A stretch of DNA of 64,000 bases from Octopus sinensis (GCF_006345805.1 NC_042999.1:49104001-49168000), one strand, 5' to 3'. Positions 11,420 through 26,296 are shown, counted from the first letter of the stretch. Numbers and translations: made by a program. The notes: generated by a model not told the origin, from the letters alone.

Positions 11420-14054
11420 GCGCACACTACACTGGAAGTGGGTTGCACTGCATTCACTGGCCATATATCATATCTGACATGGGGTTCAATCGTAATCAAT
11501 TTCGATGTAATCTGACCCATTATTAACATGTGTTACTGAAAATATGCACTTTTATCACCTCTTTGTATTCCGATATAACCCCTGTAATATATCCTAGATT
11601 TAGCTGATTCGGTGTAGGAACATGTATGCTGTTATAGAACTTGCTAGAAAGAGTAGCTAAATACAGGATATCACCTTTAAAATGAAGGCTCATACCATGC
11701 TTTAATAAAAGATTGTATAATTTCAATTGTATCACATTCGGTCATAGTTCTATCCCATAAGGTTTGTTTCGAGGCTAAGTAAAAAAATGAAATGTGAAAA
11801 TTTCGTTTGATTCTGATAATGGCTTCATGGTGTGTTGAAAGTTTAGTGAGGTTACTTTCCCTATTTAATGGACAAGTGACGTAAAGGAACAAAATCTTAA
11901 CTGCTTTATGGAGCTTTTAGCAATTTATTTCATTGATACGCTTTGTGCATGTAAGTGCATGTGTGCGTTTGCGCGTGTGTACTTGTCTGTGCGTACGTGT
12001 TTGTAGCTACAAAACTTATGATCTCAAAATTTTCAATCTAATATAAATCCAAATGTTATAATTCAAAATAAAGAGCAATTAAACTGACAAAACAGGGAAT
12101 CAGTCATTAGAAACTAATTGAACTCACCACCCACCCATGTAAGAAAAGCGAATGAGCTTACGGCTATTATCTATCCTTCGATTCACTTTATAATCTAGCT
12201 TTTGTTCTTTAGTGATATTTTTATTAGAATTCACTACAAAAGTTTATAGCGAACAAAACATTACAATTACAATATGTCTTTATAGCACATGATCGGGGGT
12301 ACTAATGGAGAACATTTACTTTAAACATGTGCCCTACTAAAATAAATTGTAATTAACCTTACTGAGAGTATGAATAATTAACTGTAGTTAATTTGTTGCA
12401 TGATGGATTTTAATGGAATTCGTTACAATCGATAAAGGATAGTGGATTTTAAAGTGATAAACTTAAATGGTCTATATGTAATTTATACAAACTCAAGAGA
12501 GACTGCCAACTCATAGTAATTGCAACCTATTAATAAAACCATTAAGTAGAAGAGCGGTCGTGAGAAAGATAGAGTACTTCGTCAGCATTTAGCATGTTTT
12601 TCGTTCCCTTTTATTGATGTAATTTAAACCCAGGTTTTACCTGATCGAGCCGAGCTATCTTCAAAGACATTTATGCCATATCAATTCCACGTTATTATCA
12701 GGAATTGTGTATCTAGAAACACATGATCCAATATTGTTCCCTGTTTGATAAAAACAGGATTTGAGGAGAATCGAATGTTATTTTGTTAGATTTGAGAAGA
12801 ATCGGATGCTACTTTGTCAACTAGATTAAAAATATAAACGTGTTTTTTCTTTGCTTTTTTTTTTTATTTTGTAGCGATTTCATTATATGCGGCTTAGTTT
12901 ACCAAGTATGTAAGACTCTTTTGTTATCAAAAAAAAACAATAGTAATAAAATGTTTAACGCGGGAGATCTTTTGATTTTAAATACATATATCCCTACAAA
13001 CATAAGAGGAATACAATTATTGAGCTATGAATTCTCCACTATTATTTCCACGAGTGGGCCTGGAACTTAAAATTTAAAATTAGTTGATACAAAAAACGAG
13101 GAAAAGAGAAATTACATGTTTATATTGTCAGAAATAAGCAAGATGTAAAACATCTTGCGAGCAAAACATACATTCGGAATATTTGATCGTCGCGCGTATC
13201 ACATTTATTTTAGAAAATAAGCGAAATTTACTTCTGTAAAGCATTTGAAAATATACTTATAATGCAAATTACAAATTATATTCAAATATATCACGGAAGA
13301 CAACTATTTCGCAACGTGAAACATGGTGAGGGGACACCATTATTTAGAGGAAGTATGTAATGCACAATCTTTTGTATAGAAGCCAACCCTGAAAATGTTA
13401 ACTGGTAAAGAAAGGTAATGAATGCCAAGTGAGCTGAAATTATGAGCCACTGAGAAAAATTAAAATGAAATTGATATACAAATTCTATAATATGTTAATC
13501 GGTTGTATATAATTAACGTTGAAAACTGGTGTGTGTGTACTTGTGTACTTCGTAGTGTATGTCTACTTCAATCAATAGTACTTTATTCATTATCCCACTA
13601 AGTATGTCAATGACGTAACTCTGGGCTGTCATTAAGCTGCAAATATTTCGGAGAATCATTAGATATCTGATATGCTGTTCATGACTTTCTCAAAGATTAA
13701 ATTAATAAATGAAGCTAATTGGAAGACCGACACTCTGAAAGAGAGTCAGAGTTTCACTTGCTTCCTATCAGCCTACACTTCTCTTGCCAAGCTAATAATG
13801 CTAGCAAACTAGCATCTACGAATATATATATAAGAATAAATAGGGTAGCTATTAGTCAAGTTGGAAAATTAATAAATGTGACTCACTTGTTATAAAGAAC
13901 AATGTCTGGCAGCCAAAGCAATCTTGCTGGAATACGGACAATAGACATATCTCCAAAGTCAGACTGGTTCCAACTTATGCGTTCGTCCTTCCATTCCTGC
14001 ATAAAAATAAAATTAATGAACATAATATTTATGCAGTCCATACATCATATAAAG

Positions 14055-14109
<55 letters not shown>

Positions 14110-14239
14110 GAGTGTGTGTGTGTGCCTGTGTGTGCGTGTGTGTGTGTATGTAGAATGTTGAAAAGGAACACGTGAGTTCATATATATAGGAAAAAAGTCA
14201 AGCTAGAAAATGCTAAAATAATTTTATAAAAAAACATGT

Positions 14240-14275
14240 CAGTACCGGTTTCAGTCATTGAGACTTTTTCAACTG
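14240..14275 (-). ncRNA. Minimal type I hammerhead ribozyme (U3-A8 variant)
   Basis: CAG / UUGAAAA / AGUC-UCAAU-GACU / GAAA-CCGG-UA / CUG, with palindromic stem III ACCGGU and a GUA site. Confidence 0.7.
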
Positions 14276-14437
14276 TAAGTATGAAAAACAATTAAATTTT
14301 GGAAAAATTAAAAGAAAATTTTTTAAAAGAATATTTGCATAGTATTCAAATACAAGGGGCATTTTCCCTGTTTCTGCCTGTCTCTGTCTCCCTTGTTTAC
14401 TCTTGTGGGTTCGAGGTCGTTGTGAATTCTTGGTAGC

Positions 14438-14643
14438 GAAGAAGAAGAAGAAGAGAAGAAGAAGAAGAAGAAGAAGAAGAAGAAGAAGAAGAAGAAGGAA
14501 GAAGAAGAAGAAGAAGAAGAAATAGTGAAATGTATGATAACATCACAGTTAATCTTTATTTTGCCCAAATTTTGTTCCAGAAGTAGAAGAAGTAGAAGAA
14601 GAAAAAAGAGGAGGAGGAAGAGGAGGAAGAGGAGAAGAAGAAA
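14438..14643. repeat. (GAA)n / (GAG)n tracts
   Basis: Direct reading. Confidence 0.9.
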
Positions 14644-15177
14644 GCAGGGGTGTCGTGATAGTAGTAGGATGTTAAATGGTGAATGCCCTGAAAGTGACCT
14701 GTTGTGGATGTTAGTAATAGTGATTGAGTTCTTGAGACATCTCTTTTGAATGTATTGTTTATAGAATTTGCGTCGGTGTTATTCTAAACAGCAATAATGG
14801 TAAAGTTAGAAAGGAGGTGCGGAGAGGAAAAAGACGAAGAAGAAGAAGGAGAAAGAGAAGGAAGAATTAGAAGGGAATGCAGCTGGGATGATAATAGTAG
14901 GATGTTAAATGGTCAAGTGACCTAAAAGTGATCCGGTATGGATTATAGCAGTGATTGAGAATTCTTGGGAATCTCTTGAGTGTATTATTTATAAGATTTG
15001 CGTGTGTGTTTGTGTTATTCTAAGACCGTGGTGGATACGTCGTTTATTGTAGATGCGTTCAAAAGGGATATGTATTTTGTAATAAAGAGAGTATGTTTAC
15101 TAATTCGTTGGCTACAGGTTGTATCGTCCCTGAATTGGTAGAGGAGAAAAATTATGAAGCTTGGATTTTTGTTAGAA

Positions 15178-15685
15178 AATACGAACATTTCAGAGTATTT
15201 GGGTGTCAATTTGAGAACAGTGCAGAAGATTCGGAAAGGGTTAGATTAGTCTATTGATGATTACAAAGGTACGACAACTCGGAAGACTCACTCTTGTTCT
15301 GATAAGAAACGAACTCCTGAATTTGTTGTTAAGATTCAGGCCATGTTTGGCAACGACCCCTGCAAGTCAGTTAGGTCCATAACCAAGGGACATGGGAGCG
15401 TCTTAGTTTCTTATTGGGCAGACAGTGCATGAAAACATTCAATATTCCTCATACCAGATGGTAAAGGCACAAGAGGAAAGACCGCGCTACGAGCCGTTGA
15501 AGAAACTCAATCAATCCCTCCAAACGAACGTGGTTTTGTTTCACTCAGATGGTGAACTGTGCTGTGTCCACAGAATATGTACCGAGATTGATAAAAATAA
15601 GACATCCATTCTGCTTCATGATGTTTGGAGTGATCACTAGTGATGCCTGCATTCATCTTGCCCCACGGCGTTACACTCGACACTC
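15178..15685 (+). pseudogene. Tc1/mariner-superfamily (DD37D/maT-like) transposase remnant
   Basis: NTNISEYLGVNLRTVQKIRK...SDKKRTPEFVVKIQAMFGNDPCKSVRSI...VHENIQYSSYQM...FHSD...MMFGVITSD...FILPHG, with stops and frameshifts. The subfamily call is from motif memory. Confidence 0.8.
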
Positions 15686-15722
15686 GACTGTCAGGTGACT
15701 TTTGCCCAATCCTACATACATA

Positions 15723-15808
<86 letters not shown>

Positions 15809-15809
<1 letters not shown>

Positions 15810-16333
15810 AATTTATATATAGAGGGCATTATTATACATACATGCCACACGCTAAGAGGGACAAAATTAGTCATTTCTACCAAAAATTTTACTAATCCTT
15901 TCCCGAAATGCAATTCGTAAAAGTCTGCCATTTACCGGATGTAATATATGTAAACTCAACCATGTGCTTCGTTGATGTTGATCAGTTAGTTAGCTGCTCG
16001 GCTTAGACGAGGTAGAGTCGTTTATATATAATACGTCCAGGCTTGCTGATGAATACAGAGGTATGAAATCACAGGTGATACAAGTCCATATTTTTAAATG
16101 TCTTACTTTGAAAAATTGCATTCGGTGGGATTAGAAAAATTTTTGGTAGAAATGACTAATTTTGTCCCTCTTAGCGTGTGGCATGTATGTATAATAATGC
16201 CCTCTATATATAAATTAATATGTTCAATAAGAAAGAATTATTTTCGAAATTTTTTCTCTTATGAGGTCTTTCACGCTATCTACCCGATAATTTCTTGTTA
16301 AGTTTTCCTTATTAAGAAGTTGTCCTTAATTGC
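15809..16333 (+). mobile_element. Fold-back HHR element, copy 1
   Basis: Arms 15809-15916 and 16115-16217 are inverted (about 70 bp perfect). The loop holds a TATA-like tatatataa and the HHR; a tail runs to 16333; (AT)n flanks both sides. Confidence 0.85.
16040..16086 (+). ncRNA. Canonical minimal type I hammerhead ribozyme
   Basis: GGCUUG / CUGAUGA / AUAC-AGAG-GUAU / GAAA / UCA-CAGG-UGA / UA / CAAGUC. All core residues are intact; predicted AUA cleavage after 16080. Confidence 0.85.
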
Positions 16334-16334
16334 T

Positions 16335-16397
<63 letters not shown>

Positions 16398-16433
16398 TAT
16401 ATGTATGTATGTATATGTATATATATATATATA

Positions 16434-16565
<132 letters not shown>

Positions 16566-16605
16566 TATTATATATATATAATTTATATATATATATATAT
16601 ATATT

Positions 16606-17124
16606 ATTTATATATAGAGGGCATTATTATACATACATGCCACACGCTAAGAGGGACAAAATTAGTCATTTCTACCAAAAATTTTACTAATCCTTTCCCG
16701 AAATGCAATTCGTAAAAGTCTGCCATTTACCGGATGTAATATATGTAAACTCAACCATGTGCTTCGTTGATGTTGATCAGTTAGTTAGCTGCTCGGCTTA
16801 GACGAGGTAGAGTCGTTATATATAATACGTCCAGGCTTGCTGATGAATACAGAGGTATGAAATCACAGGTGATACAAGTCCATATTTTTAAATGTCTTCT
16901 TTGAAAATTGCATTCGGTGGGATTAGAAAAATTTTTGGTAGAAATGACTAATTTTGTCCCTCTTAGCGTGTGGCATGTATGTATAATAATGCCCTCTATA
17001 TATAATTAATATGTTCAATAAGAAAGAATTATTTTCGAAATTTTTTCTCTTATGAGGTCTTTCACGCTATCTACCCGATAATTTCTTGTTAAGTTTTCCT
17101 TATTAAGAAGTTGTCCTTAATTGC
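16606..17124 (+). mobile_element. Fold-back HHR element, copy 2 (near-identical tandem copy)
   Basis: Differs from copy 1 only by a few 1-nt indels. Confidence 0.85.
16834..16880 (+). ncRNA. Canonical minimal type I hammerhead ribozyme (copy 2)
   Basis: Identical to 16040-16086; predicted cleavage after 16874. Confidence 0.85.
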
Positions 17125-17314
<190 letters not shown>

Positions 17315-17527
17315 TATATATTATATATATATATATGTATATATATATATGTATATATATATAGATATATATATATATATATGTACATATATATATATAT
17401 GTATATATATATATATGTATATATATACATATATATATACATATATATATATGTTATATATGCATATATATATATGTATATATATACATATATATATATG
17501 TATATATATGCATATATATATATGTAT

Positions 17528-17626
17528 AGGTTGGCTGTGTGGTAAGTAGCTTGCTAACCAACCACATGGTTCCGGGTTGTGAGTGGATTTGGTAGACGGA
17601 AACCGAAAGAAGCTGTCGTATATATG

Positions 17627-17678
<52 letters not shown>

Positions 17679-17885
17679 ATGTGTGTGTGTGTTTGTGTGT
17701 CCCCCTAGCATTGCTTGACAACCGATGCTGGTGTGTTTACGTCCCCGTCACTTAGCGGTTCGGCAAAAGAGACCGATAGAATAAGTACTGGGCTTACAAA
17801 GAATAAGTCCCGGGGTCGATTTGCTCGACTAAAGGCGGTGCTCCAGCATGGCCGCAGTCAAATGACTGGAACAAGTAAAAGAGAT
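17528..17885 (+). mobile_element. SINE family A (tRNA-like head, internal deletion, internal AT/GT microsatellite)
   Basis: tggctgtgtggtaagtagcttgct...ggttccgggtt...ggcggtgctccagcatggccgcagtcaaatgactggaacaagtaaaag. Confidence 0.9.
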
Positions 17886-17957
17886 AAAAGAGAAAAGAGA
17901 AAGAGAATACGCATATATACATGTATGTATGTATGTATCTATGCATGTATGTATATA

Positions 17958-18307
17958 CAGGGTAAAAAATTTTATATAAGAAATAGTTTATAAGATTCCC
18001 TTGATCACCTGATCAGACACTCTTGATTTGTATCTTTGGCGGTATTTGAAAGACACGGGGTATCGTGGAAAGATAAAAACATAAAACATTTGAAGGAATG
18101 CATCACCAATTCATTTGCACAAGTATCACCGGATGTGCTATTACGACTTCACAATGAGAGGGGTAAACCTATTGCAATGTGTATTCAAAACAATGGTAAC
18201 CATGTAGAGCCTGTTAAGTAAAAACCATATAGAACCCGTTCTTATAAACTCTGTTTCTTATAAAAAGATAAATTATTCCTATGCATGGCGACTTTTGAAT
18301 CACCTTG
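17958..18307 (+). mobile_element. Deleted Tc1/mariner element (DD41D-like transposase C-terminus)
   Basis: TA|cagggt ... caccttg|TA. Peptides SPDQTL..DLYLWRYLKD and KNIKHLKECITNSFAQVSPDVLLRLH...AMCIQNNGNHVE match the SPDLTPLDFYLWGYLK...C....G.H.E pattern. Confidence 0.8.
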
Positions 18308-18390
18308 TATATACATACATATATAAATATATATACATAACTACATATATATATATACACATAACTACATATATATATATACACACACAG

Positions 18391-18425
<35 letters not shown>

Positions 18426-18999
18426 ATATATATATATATAATAAACAATACAGAAAGCAGCTAAATCAATTCTTAAAATCTACACTTGCTAGAAAATTCT
18501 AATAGATTCCATTTCATAGCTACATTTTTATGAATATTCAATTTTCACTTACGATTCAAGATTTCGATTACACTTTTCAAACATAGGACTAATGTTTTAT
18601 TCAATATACATTTGTATCATATCTTCTCTATTCTTTCTAAGTAAAATTATATCTCCTTTGCAGCCTCTCTTTTCCACGTTTGCGTATTTATCATTTCTAT
18701 TCCAATCAGTCTTTCTATTTCTATATCCTCATAAACGTTACCTACGTACTGTTATCTTCATCCTTTTTTCAACGTATCTCACTAGTCAGTATTCGTCTAT
18801 TCTTTCCATAATGAAAATTTTGGTCATTCCTCTCCCTTCGTAATTTCCTTGAATATATTTTGTCTTTACGCTATATAATAATTTACAGTATATTTCTTCA
18901 AATACAACGTTGTCTCACGCCTTCGGGTTTTCTCTCTCTCTCTCTCTCTCTCCTCTCTCTCTCGCTCTCTCTCTCTCATTCTCTCTCTCCTTTTCTCCT

Positions 19000-19075
<76 letters not shown>

Positions 19076-19376
19076 CATACATATATATATATGTTTTAAT
19101 TAAAAAGGGAAAGAAAATTATTTTTACGATGCTTTCAGATTATTTGAGAACGTTTTTACTCTACCTTTATCATATAAAATTACATGAAAGCTTTTCATTC
19201 CAAGTCTCATATTTACTAGAGTATACACGCATTGTAGCAGTTTCGTACAAGCAAACATGATATGCAGCAACAGAAAACCACCCGAAAGATTATATACATA
19301 TATGTGTGTGTGCTTGTGTGTGTATGTGTGTGTATCTGTTTGTGTGTGCATGTATATGATTTTGTGTATGTATGTT

Positions 19377-19411
<35 letters not shown>

Positions 19412-19503
19412 ATATATATATATGTATATATATATATATGTATATGTATATATGTATTTATATATATATGTGTATGCATGTATATATATATGTATTATGT
19501 ATT

Positions 19504-19546
<43 letters not shown>

Positions 19547-20079
19547 ATTTATATATAAAAATGTATATCATGTCCAGTCGTTTATAAATGTATATATGTA
19601 ATTGTACTAGTGTGTGCGAGTGTGTTAGTTTGAATACCATCAGCCAAGTATTGGCCTGTAAACTAGTAATTTAAGAATAGGTCTGTAAATATAAAGAAAC
19701 TTCGTAGATTTCGCACAGTCTTATTTTCTTTTGTCCAGACGTATAACAAAGAAGTACATTGAAAATATGCTAATATTATTGCAGTATATACATGGTTAAT
19801 ATATGAAATTTACTTCACATTAACACGGGTTCAAGCATTTACCATCATTTTTAAAAATACTATATTAACACAATTGAATGCGTGCGTGTATGTGTAAAGA
19901 TACACTTATGCATTTATACACACACACACAGAAGAACACACACAAAGTCACATATATACACACGCAAACATACAATATACGAACATACAATATACGAACA
20001 CACAACATACAATATACATGTGTATATTGAGACAATTATAAATTCATATACATATACATTCATACACACACATATATAA

Positions 20080-20138
<59 letters not shown>

Positions 20139-20557
20139 CGTAACTTTATATGTGTCTATATATTTATGAAAGTATGTAAGTATATGCATTTATATGAATG
20201 CAAACACATACAAAAACACTCTTAGAGGTATTACTTAGTCTTTTTAATATAAGTCGAAGGCAAGTGACAAAGACATGTAGGAAGAAAATAACGGCGCAAG
20301 AAAGAAAGAAAGAAACAAAGAAGAAAGAATATAGGGGTGAGAGAGTGAGTGTGTGTGTGTGTGGTTTGCCATATAAGCAATATGTAATATATGCAAAACC
20401 ACAAAAGATGGCATAAAATAGATAGTTTATAAAGAAACGGTTACATTTTTCTGTTTCCTTTTGAACAAACATTAACACTGAAAAGATTATACATTAGAAT
20501 AGTAAGTATGCACGAACGTACGTATGTATGTACATATAAATATGTATATATACATAT

Positions 20558-20624
<67 letters not shown>

Positions 20625-20862
20625 CATATAGGTACAGTAACATGATTGCATACTTTTGTAGCCATGTGATTGCAACATTGTAAATGCTATAAGAGACGGC
20701 AAATCAATAGGAGCGAAACTTCCAATGATTTTATTACTTTCAAGATGTAAATTTGAAAAGTAGTGTAAGCCTGAATATATTTATATTCATATATGTTTAT
20801 TAACTTACATTATGTACACTCATGTTTATACATGAAAATGTCCAGCCACCTACACCAACCAC

Positions 20863-20914
<52 letters not shown>

Positions 20915-21492
20915 TATATCAGATTTGTGTACGTGTGTGTGTGGAAATTTGTTATATGCAGATATATACATTCGCATACACATTTATATATTGAGAGATT
21001 TGTGTTTGTGTTTCATCTATTTCACAGTAGCAAAATATATGTGTAAGCTTTATGCAATTTCTTTACCCCCATATAAGTCAGCTAATCGTACTATATCTCA
21101 TGTGTATACACATGTTTATGTAGATATGTGCGTTAACCTACCATTATTCTACACGCCCGTAAAACTTAACAAATTCAAAAACAAATTCCAGAGACAGGAT
21201 ATTGACTCTAAGATTAAATTTATAGAAAACTCTTCGCAAAACTAACTTGACTGACACAACAAAATATTAAATATTACAAATTTAATAAAAGCCCATACAC
21301 GTTGGCAACAAAAATTAAATATCTGCATGCAACAGACGAAGAACCACACTGAAATATGTCTTTAAATACAATGTCTAAAACTGTTGATGTCAAGCCCAAA
21401 CCTGTAAAACGCAAGCGATATAGAAGCAGAGTAATTACCAAAACAATTATAGATAGAAGAGTATTCCACGCAAGACTGTACGCAATATTGCG

Positions 21493-21985
21493 ACCCCCTT
21501 AGGTCATTAATGACCATGGCATTGCACCTAGAAAGTTACCCTCCGAGGCACAAGTCTGGGCAAGGTTGTTTATGGAAGACCAGCAGTCACCCATGCATAC
21601 CAGCCTCCCCTCTCCACGCCATTGACGTTATCCAAGGGAAAGGCAAAGGCCAATACAGCTTGGCACCAGTGACGTCGCAGCTCATTTATTAACGTGCAAG
21701 TGGCTGAGCACTCCTAGGACATGTGTACCCTTAACGTAGTTCTCGGGGAGATTTATCATGACAGAGAGTGTGACAAGGCTGGCCTTTTGAAATACAGGTA
21801 CAGCAGAAACAGGAAGAAAGAGTGAGAGAAAGTTGTGGTGAAAGAGTACAGCAGGATTCACCACTACCCCCTGCTGGAGCCTCATGGAGTTTTAGGTGTT
21901 TTTGCTCAATAAGCACACACACAATACCTGGTCTGGGAATCGAAATCGCGATCCTATGACCGCGAGTCCGCTACCCTAACCACGG
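21493..21985 (-). mobile_element. SINE family C, composite copy with tRNA-like head
   Basis: Minus-strand head ggttagggtagcggactcgcggtcataggatcgcgatttcgattccc. The body is shared with 44700-44894 and 63590-63850, and the tail with 3662-3926. Confidence 0.85.
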
Positions 21986-24900
21986 TAAGCAATATATTAC
22001 ACGAAGAAAAAACATCAAAAGCTGTCTTAAAAGAATCTCAAAAGGCAGTCTGGTCAGTGTACTGAATAGCGAACTCAGTGAAGTTAGCGAATATGTTCAT
22101 AGAAACTCTAAAATAGATCAGAAACACAATCTAAAATAGATGAGAAAAATACAGTGGACATCAATTACGTGCTAATTTGACGAGATACAGAAAAATCAAA
22201 AAAAAATCACCCAATTTGATATTCTAGAATCCTACCTATCGATTCGAGATCCCTACTAATTAAAGCACTGAAGTTTGCATAAACATTCACCACCATCAAT
22301 GATAAACACGTAAGCTCAATAATGTATCAGAAGTAGTCTTGCATTTGCTATGTGAAGGCATACATCGAAAACTTTCTCGGCGTTAGCATGGGTATCTGGA
22401 ATTTTTACTATGCTATTAAATCCTTTATTTTAATTCGATATTTCTAGTTACAGAAGCAGCAACTCAACTTTTAGCGGATTCCAAATTTCAACATTTTGCT
22501 TGCATGTTAGTTAATTGTATCGCCAGATATTTCTATCAAGTGTTTTAAATGAAATGTGTCTATGGTCCTTAGTAAAGGAAATAAAAGCAATATCGAAAAG
22601 CTGCTGTACATGACAGAGTCTAAGCAACCCATAACATAAACAACCCATAACTAAACTCCTCAAATTTACATACTAAGCTTTTCAATGTCACCCTCTTTCT
22701 CTCCTTCTCTCTCTCCCTCTCTCTCTCTTTCTCTTTCTCCCCCCCTCTCACTCGCTTTATTTCTATCGCTTATCTCTCTGCTCTGTTTATAATCTTTATT
22801 CCTGTTAGTCTTTCTATTTCTATATCCTTATAAATTTTACCCTTTTACTCTTATCCTCATCTGTTATTCAGCATGTTAATTTCAGGCAATGAAGATACTT
22901 TAAGTTTGTTACAACAATTCTAAAAAATATTTTCCTGAAATTATTTCAAATTTGATCCGTTTCTGACTTATTATAAACTTCGCGTAAGTTCCACGTTGTA
23001 AAGAAAGTGACTTCTAATATTTACAGACTCACATATTACTTTCACTTCTATATAAGGAACTGACTCGTTAGAAACGTATCTAACGAATATTGTTCATCAC
23101 TTGTAATATAAAATATAAATAAAATATTAATATCTGGGGCAGAATTAATGGTATGCAACCATTCATCTTATCTCACATCCAAAAAGAACAGCATCCAATT
23201 CATGTCAATGAAGCACATATCACTATACTAGAAATTTTGTTCCATGCAGCACGTTACTAACATGGTCTTTGTTGATCTGTTAGCATGCTGCATACTATTT
23301 TCGCCTAAACTCAACTGCTACACGCGTATTTCCTCCTATCTGGGCACATAACATACGCATGCCCCATATCTTCTTAACCCCGGCACGCTATTGTTATAAC
23401 GATCTACATCTCTCCAACACAGCCGCCAACATATTTTTTTTTCTACTGGTGGCGTCGACAAACAGATGTTCAAGCCGAAGATCAAATGTAACAACTTCAC
23501 CAGTCTCGGAGAGCCTGCGAAGGTCATAGGTGATGCTCTGTCCCCCTGACCAATCCATAAACATTTATTAAAAGAAACGTTATTTCTAAAGAAATCAACT
23601 TTCCTTGAAGACAATAGTCTACAGCTTTATAGAAAACGTCCCCGGAGACAGTGAACTAAATTCAACTAATATACTGTTTATGAAGATTAATGAATTTTAT
23701 AGACCATCGTTTAATAATTATCTCAGACACAGAAATATTGGGAGGTGAATATGTTGAGCAGTTTGAAGCTATCCCTTCATACTATTGGCATCTGTGTTAT
23801 TGACGTTGCAGTAAGTATTGAATTAAACCGACAAACACAGTGGAATTTGATAAAGAAATTTTGAAGAAAATACCGTTTCTTAAGCTTTATAAAGAAATAG
23901 TCATCATTCAGCAATGTAGCAATGCTTCTGTTCTATTATGATATAGTATCATATTGTTCTTATATTAAACAATTCTTCGGGAAAGCAACATGTATATTTA
24001 TCCACTACCGAAGTACCCATTCCGTTTGTAGGAGTGACATACTTAAGAAAATAATAGTTTTGATATTTTCTGCGTAGTCTTAAAATCTCGCCGAAATGTT
24101 ATCATCAGGTTTACGTCTAGTTTTGTTATGTATATCATTTCGTCTTTAAAGATATAGAATTGTTATTTGTAGTGATTCTAATATGTGATGGAAGGGATGA
24201 ATTGAAGAAAATTTCGCTAATATGTATAATGGCTTTAACCACGGTGACTTATGTAAGACTTACATCATTAACGCGTCTGGCAAATTTTTGGTTTCGTATA
24301 TAAATATACTAACATTAAATGTAGTACACTTGCGTACTGAATCGTTTTTGTTCTCTTTGTGCCATAAGTCTGAGGGTTTTCTAACAATTTTCAAGTTTGC
24401 ATTCCTTGGAACCCCTCTGCAACTCGTTGATAGTTTACAGTGTAAAGTGTTTGCTCCACGAACATCTCCCAAATTTGAGGGTCTGCTACTTATATTCGCA
24501 CAGCCTCTATCTTGAAACCTTCCCAACTTAGTTGTGAATGTTAGGTGTATAACATCCTTCTTCAACCGATATAGTATTCAGAGTCACAGAGGCTTAGAAT
24601 CCTTTTTAATAAGGCAACATAGCAATATAAATAAGAAAGGATATCAGCTTCACCATCTCAGGGCAGGGCAATTTCTTTATCCTGATAAGTCAATCTAGTG
24701 ATATAAAATAATGTACATATAATAGTAATATTTAAACATTATATTATATTAAATCACCAAAATATTTTCTGAAATACATGATTAGTATCCCACCTGTTTC
24801 CTGTCCCATTGTGCTATAATTATTCTTTGACCACACTCTAGACAGAGTAATGTGAAATTATACGTGAAATTATATGTGATATTATATGTGAAACTAGTAG

Positions 24901-25183
24901 CATCAGCAGATATGCTCCAATCCTGCACTCGGTGTGTTCTTACGGAGAATCGTTGTTTCGAACTTCGAAATAAAACTCACAAGATTTGATGACACGAGCT
25001 ATGACTGCAAAAGACCACTGTCTATTTCCATAGCATTGCGCCGGAAATCTGTGATATTAGTTATGAAGGAGCAGCATTTACCGTTGAAATTCCTACTTTC
25101 CTTGTGTAAGGATATGTGATAATAGTTCTGCCGGGTTTAGAATATTGATAAATTCAAACGAGAGCAGTGCCCTCTTATCCTTA

Positions 25184-25640
25184 TGTTGTGTGGACGTCCC
25201 CAGACGATGGGTAGGCTGGTCCAATACATATAAATAGTGGACGTGATAGCTAGTCGTGTAGAAGCATCACGTAGAGCGAGCAGGAGCCGTCGGTAGTCGA
25301 GTCGTCGGAAGTGAGAGTTCGGTAGTTGAGTAGACGTACGTTATTGGCGAAGGCACGCCATACGAACGTGCGATATAACACCTTGTAAAGTGTGTACAGA
25401 ACAGGAGCACATCATATATTGTTGACATGCTGGGCACCGGCATTGGCGATTCAGAAGATATCCCGATAAGGCAACCCTGTAGAGTCTTTATATTTCTCAT
25501 GTACATTTCTGAAAATATATTCGAACTGGTTTGCTAGGTTGTTTGCTTCGGGGTGTAAGCCGGGATTATGTATATGTGTGTGGTGGTAACGGTGAGGGTA
25601 ATAGTGTGTCATACTTAATACAAGATACCACACTTTAACA
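25184..25640 (+). mobile_element. Probable solo LTR
   Basis: A 457-bp CpG-rich block bounded by TGTT...AACA, with TATAAATA near 25229. The flanks cctta / cctat are an imperfect TSD. Confidence 0.5.
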
Positions 25641-25730
25641 CCTATATTAGCTTAGTCTTATTTTGTATCAGCGCATAATGCTTGGCCGTTTCATTTAGAA
25701 TGCATTTTACACATACACACCCGCCACTTC

Positions 25731-25798
<68 letters not shown>

Positions 25799-25847
25799 CG
25801 TGTATGCAAGCCCATACACATATACAATCACACACACACACATGTTC

Positions 25848-25891
<44 letters not shown>

Positions 25892-26186
25892 GTGTGTGTG
25901 TGTGTGTGTAATTCAATGCATGTACGTGTACATAAATTTGGAGGCATACAATGTATATCAAACGATTTACAGCTAGTAATTTCAATATTTGTGAAATGAC
26001 AATTCAACGGCTTTACTTTTTTTTATTTTCACCCTCAATGGATCTCATGAAAAGTACAAGTAACGACAATATGTATATCTACATATATATGTATACATAT
26101 ACATATATGTGTGTGTACATGTGTGTTTATATGTATGATTATATATATATTAATACATATATATGTATATATATATATATATATAG

Positions 26187-26245
<59 letters not shown>

Positions 26246-26246
26246 A

Positions 26247-26296
<50 letters not shown>

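Larger units (their letters stand above)
14150..15177 (-). mobile_element. 3' end of a Penelope-like retroelement (GIY-YIG C-terminal remnant, 3' UTR, HHR-bearing pLTR)
   Basis: The minus-strand peptide SNKNPSFIIFLLYQFRDDTTCSQRISKHTLFITKYISLLN (15015-15177) resembles the ...R..KE..FI.KY...LN end of PLE endonucleases (from memory). It is followed by a ~233-bp-period duplicated UTR, (TTC)n and the HHR at 14240-14275. Confidence 0.6.

Noticed and set aside
11420-11930. Non-repetitive block with two overlapping short minus-strand ORFs
   Set aside because: No recognisable motif or splice structure.
19228-19273. Minus-strand GUUG-CUGCAUA...GAAA-CUGC-UA-CAAU
   Set aside because: Multiple core mismatches and weak stems II/III.
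23330-24660. Higher-complexity blocks with 92-101 aa ORFs
   Set aside because: No motif recognised in the frames examined; possibly decayed TE, unassignable by eye.
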